Shown here: piece after piece, positions 30,784 through 40,632 of the stretch
Layout of the letters: each line of letters begins with the position of its first letter
Position numbering within the stretch: the stretch's first letter is position 1
DNA from: Candidatus Hermodarchaeota archaeon
Lineage (GTDB): Archaea > Asgardarchaeota > Lokiarchaeia > Sigyniarchaeales > SOKP01
NCBI GenBank assembly: GCA_048885925.1
Contig: JBHLLG010000014.1
Span: 1-63,258, forward strand
Length of the DNA: 63,258 nt
Direction: 5' to 3'
Notes under the pieces: model-generated
The model's input: only the letters and a program-made list of their open reading frames with translations
Told to the model about the DNA's origin: nothing
Database searches by the model: none
Translations under genes and position numbers: made by a program

Positions 30784-32859
30784 ATGTCATCTAAAGAGGA
30801 TATAAAGTTATTCTTAAGTGAAGCTGAGGATCTGATTCAAAAGACTGAGGAACAAATTTTACATTTAGAGGAAAATCCAAAAAATGTAAAACCAATCCAG
30901 GAGTTATTTTTTACCTTCCATGCATTAAAGGGATTAACTGCGATGGCCGGTTTTGAAAATTTATCGAAATTTTGTCATCACTTTGAAAGCTTTTTAGAAA
31001 ATGCAAAAGATAAAAAAATTAGCAGAAATAAACAAAGCAATTTCATTGAAATGTTATTCGAAAGTCTTGATGTGCTAAGAAATGTTTTAAAAAGAGTAAA
31101 GAAAGCAGATTTAAGCGATATTGATGAAAACCTTGTAAAAGATATAAAATCCAGTTTTGAAAATTTTGAGACTGAATATGATATCACCTTTATTAAACCA
31201 TTAAATATAGAAGAAATGACTAAAATTCTTAAACAGGCAGAAAATAAACCTTTCAAAATTTATATCCGGCTTGAGGAAACTTGTGTTTTCAAAAAAGTAA
31301 GATTATTCATCATTTTTAGAGCTTTAAATGAAAATGGTACTATATTCTGGACGAATCCTGCGCCTGAAGAATTAGAAAAAGCTACACTCAAAAACAATTT
31401 TGAAATATTTTATATTACAAAGAAAAATAAAACTGATATCTCTAATATTTTAGATGAAATTCTTGAAATAGAAAATATTGTTATTACTTCATTAAATCCT
31501 GAGGAATTTAAGAAATCTATAATAGATTTAAAAGAGAAATATGAACAGCAGAAGTTATATGCTTCAAGTGAAGAAATAGTTGAACCAAGTTATAGGGAAG
31601 AAGTTGATTTAGAAGAAATAGAGAGAGTCTCTCAAATTGTTGAGGATTATTCAGAAGATAATCTTAAAATAACAAGTGTGAAAGTAAATATCGAGTATCT
31701 TGAGGAATTAATGAACTATTTTGGAGAATTAGTTATTATGAAGAACCATATTAGTCAATTACTAAAAGAAAAACAAGAGAGAATTCTTATAAGGTTAATT
31801 GATAAAATGGATAAACCGTTTTTAGACATTCAAGAAATTCTATTTAAGTTAAAATTAATTAGAGTAGATTCAACATTTAGAAGATATAAAAGGCTGGTTC
31901 GTGATGTGGCAAATGAAACTGGGAAAAAACTAAAACTAATACTTGAAGGCACTAATGTAGAAATTGATAGAAAAATCTTAGAAGAAATTAATACTCCATT
32001 AGTTCAATTAATTAGAAATGCAATTTACCATGGAATTGAGACACCAAAGGAACGTATAAAACATGGAAAAACCGAACTTGGTACACTTAGATTAAAAACC
32101 TTTAGAAAAGCGGGATCAATTTTTATAGAAGTTGAAGATGATGGAGCAGGGATCAATTATGATAAAATAAGAGAAAAAGTTGTGAAGAAAGGATATTGTG
32201 AACCAGATGAAGCTAAAGAATTAACTAATGAAGATTTACATCGCTTTATTTTGATGCCAGGTTTCTCAACATTATCAGATGCAGATATTATATCGGGTAG
32301 AGGTATGGGTCTAGCTATTGTTGCTGAAAAAATAAAAGAATTAGGTGGAGATTTTGCGATCCAATCTAAATTAGGTATAGGTACAAAATTCACAATAATA
32401 GTTCCATTTACTAGAGCAATATTAAGGGCTCAATTAATTCAAATTGCTGATGACTTATTTGCAATTCCAACCGAGAATATTAATCAGATATATTTTTTCA
32501 ATCCTAACCAAGTTGAATACATGGGAGGAGAACAATATTATAAAATAAATTCAAGTTTATTCCCAATTGTTTACCTTGATGAGCATTTGAAAATGAGAGA
32601 TCAATCTAAAACAAACTCTCATAAGAAAATTGTTATTCATTGTCAGCGAGATGAGGATGCATCAGCGGTATTTGTTGCAGATAAACAACTCCAACAACTA
32701 GATGTGGTTGTAAAGCCTTTTAAGTCCAGCTATTCAGATTCTCGTGATATATTAGGTTCTACCATAACAGGAGAAGGTACAATATGTTTAATAATCGATG
32801 TATTAAGTATAATCTCATCAAAATTAAATGAAAATGTAATTACAAATTTAAATATATAA
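30784..32859 (+). CDS. cheA: Chemotaxis histidine kinase CheA
   Basis: HPt FHALKG, P2-like region, RNAIYHGIE, EDDGAGI, PGFST, SGRGMGL, C-terminal CheW-like domain. Confidence 0.95.
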   Translation: MSSKEDIKLFLSEAEDLIQKTEEQILHLEENPKNVKPIQELFFTFHALKGLTAMAGFENLSKFCHHFESFLENAKDKKISRNKQSNFIEMLFESLDVLRNVLKRVKKADLSDIDENLVKDIKSSFENFETEYDITFIKPLNIEEMTKILKQAENKPFKIYIRLEETCVFKKVRLFIIFRALNENGTIFWTNPAPEELEKATLKNNFEIFYITKKNKTDISNILDEILEIENIVITSLNPEEFKKSIIDLKEKYEQQKLYASSEEIVEPSYREEVDLEEIERVSQIVEDYSEDNLKITSVKVNIEYLEELMNYFGELVIMKNHISQLLKEKQERILIRLIDKMDKPFLDIQEILFKLKLIRVDSTFRRYKRLVRDVANETGKKLKLILEGTNVEIDRKILEEINTPLVQLIRNAIYHGIETPKERIKHGKTELGTLRLKTFRKAGSIFIEVEDDGAGINYDKIREKVVKKGYCEPDEAKELTNEDLHRFILMPGFSTLSDADIISGRGMGLAIVAEKIKELGGDFAIQSKLGIGTKFTIIVPFTRAILRAQLIQIADDLFAIPTENINQIYFFNPNQVEYMGGEQYYKINSSLFPIVYLDEHLKMRDQSKTNSHKKIVIHCQRDEDASAVFVADKQLQQLDVVVKPFKSSYSDSRDILGSTITGEGTICLIIDVLSIISSKLNENVITNLNI

Positions 32860-32916
32860 TTTTTTTAAAAAAAAACAAGATTTATCAAATGAAGAAAAAA
32901 ATGGAGGAAAAATAGA

Positions 32917-34923
32917 ATGGGTTTTAAAAAAGTTGACTATGACGAATTAAAAACAAAAATTGGTCCAAATTTTCTTGGTATTCCCATTAGAGAGGGAGGA
33001 AAAGTAGTACAAAAAAGTCATCGAGAAAGTAAAATTCAATCGGGATATACAGGGGTATCTTCTGAAGTACTGATATTAAACGAAGAATTCATGGAATTTC
33101 ATTACCAAAATGATGGAAGAAGAAAAAGCGCAAGTGGTAATGGAAATATAACTATTTTTAATAATTCTATTAAAGATAGAATTTGGGATGCAAATTTACA
33201 ATTTTCAGGGTCTCAATTTGATGATCAAAAGGAAGATAATAATATAAATTTAGGAATATTTGAACCAAGTTCAAATAAAGTATTAAAATATGAAATTGTA
33301 AATTCAGATGAATTATCAGATTTAGTTAAAGTTACAGAAATTATTGAAAATCAGAGTGATGATATTTCATTCACTAATCTTGGTACAGAAATATCTAATA
33401 CTATGGAAAATAATGGCAAACAAAATTATATTCTTTTATTAGGTAAGGAAAATAAGATAAAGTTTTCAATTAATGTTTTTAACATTTCTAATTCTATATT
33501 AGAAAGAATAAAATTTAAAAAAATTTTTCTGGATAACTTTTATGACATAGAATTTAATTGCAATAAAAGTACTGAATTTAAAATAACTAGAAATCTAATA
33601 GAATGTGAGATAAATGATTTAAGTCCAGGGGATCATGCAACAATAATTCTGGTAGCAAAAATTTTCCCTAAAAAGAAAGACAATGTTAAAACAGGTAAAA
33701 TTGAATTAACATTTAATTTATCACATAAAGTTATTTCAGGAGCAAAAATTAACCGATTTTCAGCATATTCGCATGCAATGCATGCTATTAAAAAGAAGGA
33801 GAAAGATCATGCTCCAAATCACTGGCAATGTTCCCTTTTATTTGAAAATCATAGTGATTTTAAAATGAAATTAATCTCTATTCTAATCTATGATGAGTCA
33901 AAATCAAATAAAATTTTAGATTTAGATTTTAATTCTTTAGGAAATCCTATTATAATCCCTCGTGGAAAGTATACTTCACAAGAATTTGATTTTGCCGACG
34001 AAAAAGAGCCTAGATTTTCAAGAAAAGTGGAATATACAGTAGATTCTAAAACAGAAAGCAATTCAATAATTACTTCAAAATATGATGAATCATATTTTAC
34101 TTTAGCTAGTGTTACATTTAAGAAGGAGTTGTCTGACCATGAAATTAAATCATTTAAAGAAGCCGCCTTAGATTCAAAAATTATTATAAACAATATTGGT
34201 ACTGTTCCAGTAAAATCGCTTCAAATCTCAGAGACAATCCCAGAAGATTTCTTACCAAGCAATAATATATCAGACTATACATTTTATAAATTATCAGGTA
34301 AGCTAGATATTCCTGATATTGATTTAAGAGTAAATCCTAATGACGAAGATCCTTCACATAAACACATAATAGAATTGAATATCAACTTAAAGGAAATAAA
34401 TTCCAAATCAGTGATTCTACCCGATGATTTTTTAGAATTAAGATATCAAATTAAAGCAATAAATCCTGATTATAAGAAAACTTACGATTTTCCATTAAAA
34501 GTTAGCTCATTTTATCCAAAATATGAAAATTCAAGAGTTTTTTATGTTATAACCAACGATCTTACTTCATCAGAAAAATCTATGATAAAAGTTTCTCATA
34601 GGAGACGTAAAGTATTAATAGGAAAGGAAATATTTCCGGGAAGAAATAGTAATGAATTCGCGATTTACATAGTTGCCAAAAATGGTTCAAACATTAAGCT
34701 TGATAGTGTAAATGTGAAAGATACTTTTCCAGATTCCTTTGAACTTATATCTTCAAATATAGAGCATAAACTAAGTAAATCTAAGAAAAATGGAGAACAA
34801 ACAATTTCTTTCGTTATTGATACTTTAATGCCGTATCAAGAAAAAGAAATAATGTATTATTTAAAGAATTTAAGCGGAAAAGATGTTAAACAATCTGAAT
34901 TAGAATCATTTTTTGTTGGATAA
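32917..34923 (+). CDS. Uncharacterised beta-rich protein with repeated Ig-like modules, in the che cluster
   Basis: 668 aa, repeated I.N.G/S...I.D/E.IP.DF patterns; GGAGG SD at 32903-32907; no signal peptide seen. Confidence 0.7.
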   Translation: MGFKKVDYDELKTKIGPNFLGIPIREGGKVVQKSHRESKIQSGYTGVSSEVLILNEEFMEFHYQNDGRRKSASGNGNITIFNNSIKDRIWDANLQFSGSQFDDQKEDNNINLGIFEPSSNKVLKYEIVNSDELSDLVKVTEIIENQSDDISFTNLGTEISNTMENNGKQNYILLLGKENKIKFSINVFNISNSILERIKFKKIFLDNFYDIEFNCNKSTEFKITRNLIECEINDLSPGDHATIILVAKIFPKKKDNVKTGKIELTFNLSHKVISGAKINRFSAYSHAMHAIKKKEKDHAPNHWQCSLLFENHSDFKMKLISILIYDESKSNKILDLDFNSLGNPIIIPRGKYTSQEFDFADEKEPRFSRKVEYTVDSKTESNSIITSKYDESYFTLASVTFKKELSDHEIKSFKEAALDSKIIINNIGTVPVKSLQISETIPEDFLPSNNISDYTFYKLSGKLDIPDIDLRVNPNDEDPSHKHIIELNINLKEINSKSVILPDDFLELRYQIKAINPDYKKTYDFPLKVSSFYPKYENSRVFYVITNDLTSSEKSMIKVSHRRRKVLIGKEIFPGRNSNEFAIYIVAKNGSNIKLDSVNVKDTFPDSFELISSNIEHKLSKSKKNGEQTISFVIDTLMPYQEKEIMYYLKNLSGKDVKQSELESFFVG

Positions 34924-34967
34924 AAATTAAAATGAAATAAAAAGTCAAGAAAAAAAGGAGGAAAATT

Positions 34968-35807
34968 ATGAAACTACAATTTTATGAAACAATGTATGAT
35001 AAATCAAAAGAATATCTTTCATATCTTTGTGAACAAATTTTACCCCAATTCACGGATAGCGAATTAAAGTTTTTTTTAGAAGATATTATAGAAACAAAGA
35101 GTACTGGGAAAAAAAAGGCAAAGTCAGAAGGTTTTGATAAGATTGGGGACGATACTGGGAAACTCGCAGATCTCTCGAAATTAAAGCCAGAAGAATTTAA
35201 ACCTTTATTTCAGGTTTTTATAAGCAGAGAAATAAATGATAGGAATTCTGTAAAATGGCGCTTTTATCAATATCTTAAATACATTTCGGATTTAAAAATA
35301 AAATCAGTAAAGATCAATCGAGATCAAAATCTAGATCGATTAATTGATTTTATTATCGAAACAGAAGAGAAACAAATTCTTTTTGTCTTATGTTATGATA
35401 TGATAGAATTAAATGATTATGACAAAGCATTAAAGGAAATGAACGAATTTTCGAAAAACCAAAACCTTCTTCCTGATAGAATTGTTTTTGCAACAAACAA
35501 GTCATTTCGAAACATACCAATAGATATTTCTATTAAGGTAGGTAATACAGAAGTAATACCAGAGTTATGGGTTGAATGGATTGAAGAAAGTTGTCCTTTT
35601 AATAGAGAAGACTTATTAATCGTTAATAACTCCGATCTCAAACTTGCTGGGTTCAATTTCACGAGTACAGATGATTTATTGAAGTATGTTTTTAAATATT
35701 CAAAAGGTGGACAAGTTTCAATTTATAGACAAGTAGATTTTTTTACTGAAGTTTCTGATGAACAACCTGAAGTGGAATTAATTTGGAAAGGTATAATGTT
35801 AAAATGA
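34968..35807 (+). CDS. Uncharacterised protein in the che cluster (possible degenerate PD-(D/E)XK-like fold)
   Basis: 279 aa; GGAGG SD at 34957-34961; LIDFIIET..ILFVLC..PDRIVFAT pattern. Confidence 0.65.
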   Translation: MKLQFYETMYDKSKEYLSYLCEQILPQFTDSELKFFLEDIIETKSTGKKKAKSEGFDKIGDDTGKLADLSKLKPEEFKPLFQVFISREINDRNSVKWRFYQYLKYISDLKIKSVKINRDQNLDRLIDFIIETEEKQILFVLCYDMIELNDYDKALKEMNEFSKNQNLLPDRIVFATNKSFRNIPIDISIKVGNTEVIPELWVEWIEESCPFNREDLLIVNNSDLKLAGFNFTSTDDLLKYVFKYSKGGQVSIYRQVDFFTEVSDEQPEVELIWKGIMLK

Positions 35808-35850
35808 AAATTAATCTAAAAAATTAGCAGATAAGGATGAGGTAAAAAAT

Positions 35851-37824
35851 ATGTTAAAAAGCCAATCAGAAAAAATAGAATTTGGAGACAGTGTTAATGT
35901 TGTGATACTTCAAATATTTGATGAGAAATATCTTCTTGAAGTAGAAAATGTAAAAGAAATTTATGTGCCGGGAGAAAATATTATCCCCGTTCCATTAGCA
36001 GATAAATCAATTGTAGGAATTATTAATATAAGAGGAGATATTTACTCCGTTATATCGTTACGACATAATATATATGATAATAGTATTGATTATGGATTAA
36101 GTAACCGATCAAGAATTCTATTATTAGAATATCGCAATTTAAAAATTGCATTACTCGTGGATGCAATTATTGGTGTTAAAGATATACCAATTTCTGTTTT
36201 TAAAAAGCAAGGTACAATTGTGAAAACAAATATTGATTTTAAATTTATAAAATTAACTGGTATATTTCAGGATGAGTCACTAATACTATTAGATTTAAAC
36301 GCTCTTATTCAACCATATCTTAAATCTTTAGGAAAAGCAATAGATACAAAAGTAAAATTAAAACCAAAAATTCTAGAGAAACCTAAAGTGCAACCAAAAC
36401 AAGCACCAAAATCTACAATAGATTCTACTGTGGTTATCCCTCAAGAAATACAAATTCATGGAAAATTATCTTCAATTCCAAAAGCAGCAGATATTAAAGA
36501 AATTTCTTTGTCAGAAGAACAACAAGATATGCTTAAAGAAATTGGGAATATTGGTACAGGAAATGCTGTCACAGCGTTATCTCGATTGGTAAAAAAGAAA
36601 ATTGATGTAACTTTAACAGATGTAGGAATTATTCCATTAGAGGAATTACCTAAACAGTTCGGTGGATCTAAAGAGAAAGTATGTGGAATATTTTGTCATA
36701 TAGATAAACCTACTCAAGCAACAATTTTAAATATTTTTGAAATGACTCCTCTAATGAAAATGATTGCGGATTTAACGGGTAAAAAGTCAAAGATAGATCC
36801 TGATAAAGTTAAAACTAAAAAAGATCTTGATGATTTTGCAATTTCTACAATTGTAGAAATGGGAAATATTATGGCAGGTCATTATGCTTCAGCTTTAGCA
36901 GATTTATTAGGCACAAAATTGATGATTGATATACCTGAATTTGCAATGAGTGATGCTGGTGAGATTGGAGAATTTCTATCAAAAGAACTAAAATCTATTG
37001 CAGAATTCTTTATAATAATTAAAACTTCAATACAAGTTGCGGATTTAAAACTAAAAGGTATGTTTTTCTTTATCCCTGATCTTGAGACATTGAAAATATT
37101 TTTTGATAAATTAGGAATCGAACATAGTATATCTGATAAACACCTAAAAACTACAAAGTTGTCTAAAGCTGTGGATGTGGATAAAATAAAACTTACAGAA
37201 CTTCAAAGAGATGCCCTACAAGAAGTTGGAAATATAGGCGCTGGAAATGCTGCGAATGCTTTAGCTCAGATGATTAATAAGCGAGTTGATATAAATGTTC
37301 CAACAGTAGAAATGGTCGAATTAGACGAATATGCTAAAAAAATAAGTAAAAAGAATGAAAAACTCCTAGTTGCGTGGAGTAATGTTGTTGGAAAGACAAG
37401 GGCTACGGTTCTAACATTATTTAATCTTAAAGATGCAATAGATATCACATCAATAATTGTAGATGATCCTGATAAAAAACAAATTGACTTAAGACGAAAA
37501 ATAGACACTGCATCTGATTTTCCAGAGCTGTATCATAGTGCAATTTCTGAACTAGGACACATTCTCGGAAGTCATTATGTAAGTGCTATTGGTGACTTAT
37601 TAAGTTTGCGTTTAATGACAGAGCCTCCTGATATGTCAGTTGATACAGGAGAACTCTTATTTAAGATTTTACAAGAAGAAATTGGTCTACTTAGGAAATT
37701 GTCATTGGTAATTACTACAAGTGTTCTTATAACCGATATTAAAGTCACAGGCACATTTTTATTTATTCCGAGTTTAGAAACATTACACGAATTATTAGAT
37801 GCGTTGTTAAAGTTTTATTCATAG
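35851..37824 (+). CDS. CheW-CheC-CheC fusion protein
   Basis: N-terminal CheW (IVGIINIRGDIYSVISL, IALLVDAI), Pro/Lys linker, then two CheC domains (LKEIGNIG..EMGN; LQEVGNIG..ELGH). Confidence 0.88.
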   Translation: MLKSQSEKIEFGDSVNVVILQIFDEKYLLEVENVKEIYVPGENIIPVPLADKSIVGIINIRGDIYSVISLRHNIYDNSIDYGLSNRSRILLLEYRNLKIALLVDAIIGVKDIPISVFKKQGTIVKTNIDFKFIKLTGIFQDESLILLDLNALIQPYLKSLGKAIDTKVKLKPKILEKPKVQPKQAPKSTIDSTVVIPQEIQIHGKLSSIPKAADIKEISLSEEQQDMLKEIGNIGTGNAVTALSRLVKKKIDVTLTDVGIIPLEELPKQFGGSKEKVCGIFCHIDKPTQATILNIFEMTPLMKMIADLTGKKSKIDPDKVKTKKDLDDFAISTIVEMGNIMAGHYASALADLLGTKLMIDIPEFAMSDAGEIGEFLSKELKSIAEFFIIIKTSIQVADLKLKGMFFFIPDLETLKIFFDKLGIEHSISDKHLKTTKLSKAVDVDKIKLTELQRDALQEVGNIGAGNAANALAQMINKRVDINVPTVEMVELDEYAKKISKKNEKLLVAWSNVVGKTRATVLTLFNLKDAIDITSIIVDDPDKKQIDLRRKIDTASDFPELYHSAISELGHILGSHYVSAIGDLLSLRLMTEPPDMSVDTGELLFKILQEEIGLLRKLSLVITTSVLITDIKVTGTFLFIPSLETLHELLDALLKFYS

Positions 37825-37943
37825 GAGTTAAATTTAATTTAATCCATATTTATTTTTTTTTAAAATTTTCATGAATCAAAATAGAATATCCAAATTAGAT
37901 AAAAACATCTATGTAAAATATCAAAAAAAGCCTTTGAATCAAT

Positions 37944-38468
37944 ATGTTGAAAACCAGCTATTATGATTACATTTATAAAGTAGATGGTGAAACTGTTAAG
38001 CTTAGACCCGAAAAAATCTTTGTTCCTGATGATGTTTATTTAATTATAGATAAAGAATTAAAAATAATTTGGATATGGGCGGGTAGTCATTCACGTTTAT
38101 TCCATCGTTATATGGCTGCAAATTGGGCAGGAAAACTCAAAACTAAGAAGAAATTTTTTAATTTTAAATATGAAGTGATTAAACAAGGCATAGAACCCTC
38201 TGAATTTCACATTATTTTTAAAGAAATTAAGGAAAATCGTGCTGATTTAAATTATCCCGGACAATCACGAAATGTTTTCATTAAAAATGAATCATCAGGA
38301 ACTATTGATTTATCAGAAAAGCCCGGGGGTTTGGATTTATCAAAATCAGTAAAATCACATATAATGAAGATTTTATCTGAAATTAAAGAAATGCAATTAC
38401 ATATAAAATATTCTCTTGATCATATCCAACAGCGTTATGAAGAAATTGAAAAATTATTGGAAAGATAA
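37944..38468 (+). CDS. Single gelsolin-like domain protein with C-terminal coiled coil
   Basis: DDVYLIID..IWIWAGSHS..A..A..IKQGIEPSEF matches the gelsolin repeat consensus D.FILD...IF.W.G..S...QG.E...F. Confidence 0.75.
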   Translation: MLKTSYYDYIYKVDGETVKLRPEKIFVPDDVYLIIDKELKIIWIWAGSHSRLFHRYMAANWAGKLKTKKKFFNFKYEVIKQGIEPSEFHIIFKEIKENRADLNYPGQSRNVFIKNESSGTIDLSEKPGGLDLSKSVKSHIMKILSEIKEMQLHIKYSLDHIQQRYEEIEKLLER

Positions 38469-38480
38469 AAGTGTTTAGAA

Positions 38481-39491
38481 GTGATAAGAATTGATGATAT
38501 CAAATTCAATGAAAATTACTATAATCTACTAGTTGATTATTTAATCAACGCTACTGGATTAAACCTAAATTATTATCGAAAAAACCACATTGAGAAAAGA
38601 ATAAAATCCAGGATGATTCGAGTTAATTGTAATACATTCGAGTCGTACTATAATTATTTATTAGAAAAACCATCAGAAACTAAAAATTTTTTAGATTGTT
38701 TCAATATTAATTATTCTGTTTTTTTTAGAAACTGGGAAGTCTTTAAACAATTTGAAAAAATATTTTTATATTCATTATATCTAAAAAAAGACGATATCAT
38801 AAGTGATCTTGAGCCGAATCCAGAGAGGCAATATCAAAGAATACAGAGAAATTTATCTTCTCACTCAAAAAAACCAAAAAAAGTATCTCTTAATCGAATT
38901 ATATCACAAACTTCGTTATACCGTAAAATATGGAATGGTTTAGATTCCGAAGGTACTATTAATATTTGGTCATGTCCTTGTGCTAATGGAGAGGAACCAT
39001 ATTCAATTGCTATGATTTTAGATAATCTCAAAAAGCAAACTCCTGGATTTTCAAAATATAGAATTATTGCCTCTGATATTGATGGAGATGCCATTAAAAG
39101 AGCAAAAATAGGAGTTTATAAAGAGGATTCCACAAAAGATGTATCAAAATATTATGATGATAACTATTTTGTTAAAAAGAAGGAAAATTGTGGATTTATT
39201 TATTCAATAAATAAAAAAATTCAAGATAGTATAGAATTTATAGAAGAGGATGTAACCAAAGGCCATCAAACATCATTGAAATATGATATTATCTTTTGTC
39301 GTTATCTCCTAATATATATTAGTAGAAAAATACGAAAAGTATTTTTAAACATAATTGAAAGCCGATTAAATCCTGGTGGTTTATTAATTTTAGGTAAAAC
39401 CGAATCACTTCTTAACTCTCAATGTGATTTGAAATTAATAGACACTTCAAATTGTATTTACATAAAAAGAGGTGGCTTAAATCTCAATTAA
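38481..39491 (+). CDS. cheR: Chemotaxis methyltransferase CheR
   Basis: NINYSVFFRN, IWSCPCANGEEPYSIAM, ASDID, YDIIFCRYLLIY, LNPGGLLILGKTE. Confidence 0.93.
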   Translation: MIRIDDIKFNENYYNLLVDYLINATGLNLNYYRKNHIEKRIKSRMIRVNCNTFESYYNYLLEKPSETKNFLDCFNINYSVFFRNWEVFKQFEKIFLYSLYLKKDDIISDLEPNPERQYQRIQRNLSSHSKKPKKVSLNRIISQTSLYRKIWNGLDSEGTINIWSCPCANGEEPYSIAMILDNLKKQTPGFSKYRIIASDIDGDAIKRAKIGVYKEDSTKDVSKYYDDNYFVKKKENCGFIYSINKKIQDSIEFIEEDVTKGHQTSLKYDIIFCRYLLIYISRKIRKVFLNIIESRLNPGGLLILGKTESLLNSQCDLKLIDTSNCIYIKRGGLNLN

Positions 39492-40608
39492 AGTTCTTGT
39501 AGCAGAAGATTCAAGCTTTCAACGAAAACTTATCTCTGATATGTTATTATCAAACGATGAGATTACAAACGTGGAACTTGCAAGAAATGGAAGAGAAGCA
39601 ATAGAAAAAATTGAGAAAATTAATCCCGATGTTTTAATTTTAGACTTAATGATGCCTGAAGTTGATGGTATAACCGTATTTAAATTCTTATCAGAACACT
39701 ATCCTATACCAACAATTATATTTTCAGCTAAAAACCCAGAAACACTGGATGCATCTATTCAAGCTTTACTTTTAGGCGCTTTTGACTTCATTTTGAAGCC
39801 AAAAGGTCTCTGGGAAGAAGAATTCCCAAAGTTTAAAGAAAAACTTCTTTCCAGTACTTTATATGCAGGAAAAATCAAAAAAACTTATGAAAAGCGTAAT
39901 TTATTAATTAAAACTTCTCTTGATAAACCAATCTATTTAGATGAATCTTCTATAGATTATCAAATAGCGAAAAAACCAAAAGAAAAAACAATTGACACTC
40001 CAAAAACAAAAAAAACACCAAAAACTATACTACTATCTAAAATAGTAACTATTGGTACTAGTACAGGAGGACCTAAAACTTTAAAATCAATATTAAAAAA
40101 CATTCCCAAGGATTTTTCTTTTCCAATATTGATTGTACAACATTTAGATGCTTTCTTTATGCAAGAACTTTCAAAATCACTAAATCATATATGCGCGATT
40201 GAAGTTAAAATCCCTGAGAATGGAGAAAAAATTCTACCAGGTGTTGCTTATCTTAGCCCTGGAGGAAAACACATGAAAGTTATCTTAAAAAATAATATTC
40301 CTTGCCTTGAAACTTTTAAAGGAGCACCTGTAAATTTTTGTGTTCCATCTGTTGATGTTCTCTTTTTTTCTGTAGCAGAGATTTATAAGAATCAAAGTCT
40401 AGGAATCTTATTGACAGGTTTAGGAGAAGATGGAGCTGCTGGATTAGAAGCAATTAAGAATGAAGGTGGAATGACAATTGCCGAGTCAGAAGAAACATGT
40501 GTTGTATATGGTATGCCGAAAGCAGCTATACAACGAGGAGCTGCAAAATTAGTGATCCCTAATTATAGAATTGAAGAAAAGATAATTGAATTTGGAAATA
40601 AAATATAA
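39481..40608 (+). CDS. cheB: Chemotaxis methylesterase CheB (REC plus esterase), copy 1
   Basis: The receiver N-terminus ISIKVLVAEDS lies upstream of the ORF-track ATG 39541. Other motifs: LDLMMP, GTSTGGP, VQH, PSVD, LTGLGEDG, YGMP. Start codon uncertain (see findings). Confidence 0.9.
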   Translation: MSIKVLVAEDSSFQRKLISDMLLSNDEITNVELARNGREAIEKIEKINPDVLILDLMMPEVDGITVFKFLSEHYPIPTIIFSAKNPETLDASIQALLLGAFDFILKPKGLWEEEFPKFKEKLLSSTLYAGKIKKTYEKRNLLIKTSLDKPIYLDESSIDYQIAKKPKEKTIDTPKTKKTPKTILLSKIVTIGTSTGGPKTLKSILKNIPKDFSFPILIVQHLDAFFMQELSKSLNHICAIEVKIPENGEKILPGVAYLSPGGKHMKVILKNNIPCLETFKGAPVNFCVPSVDVLFFSVAEIYKNQSLGILLTGLGEDGAAGLEAIKNEGGMTIAESEETCVVYGMPKAAIQRGAAKLVIPNYRIEEKIIEFGNKI

Positions 40609-40632
40609 TTAATCAAACAAAAGTTAAATTTT

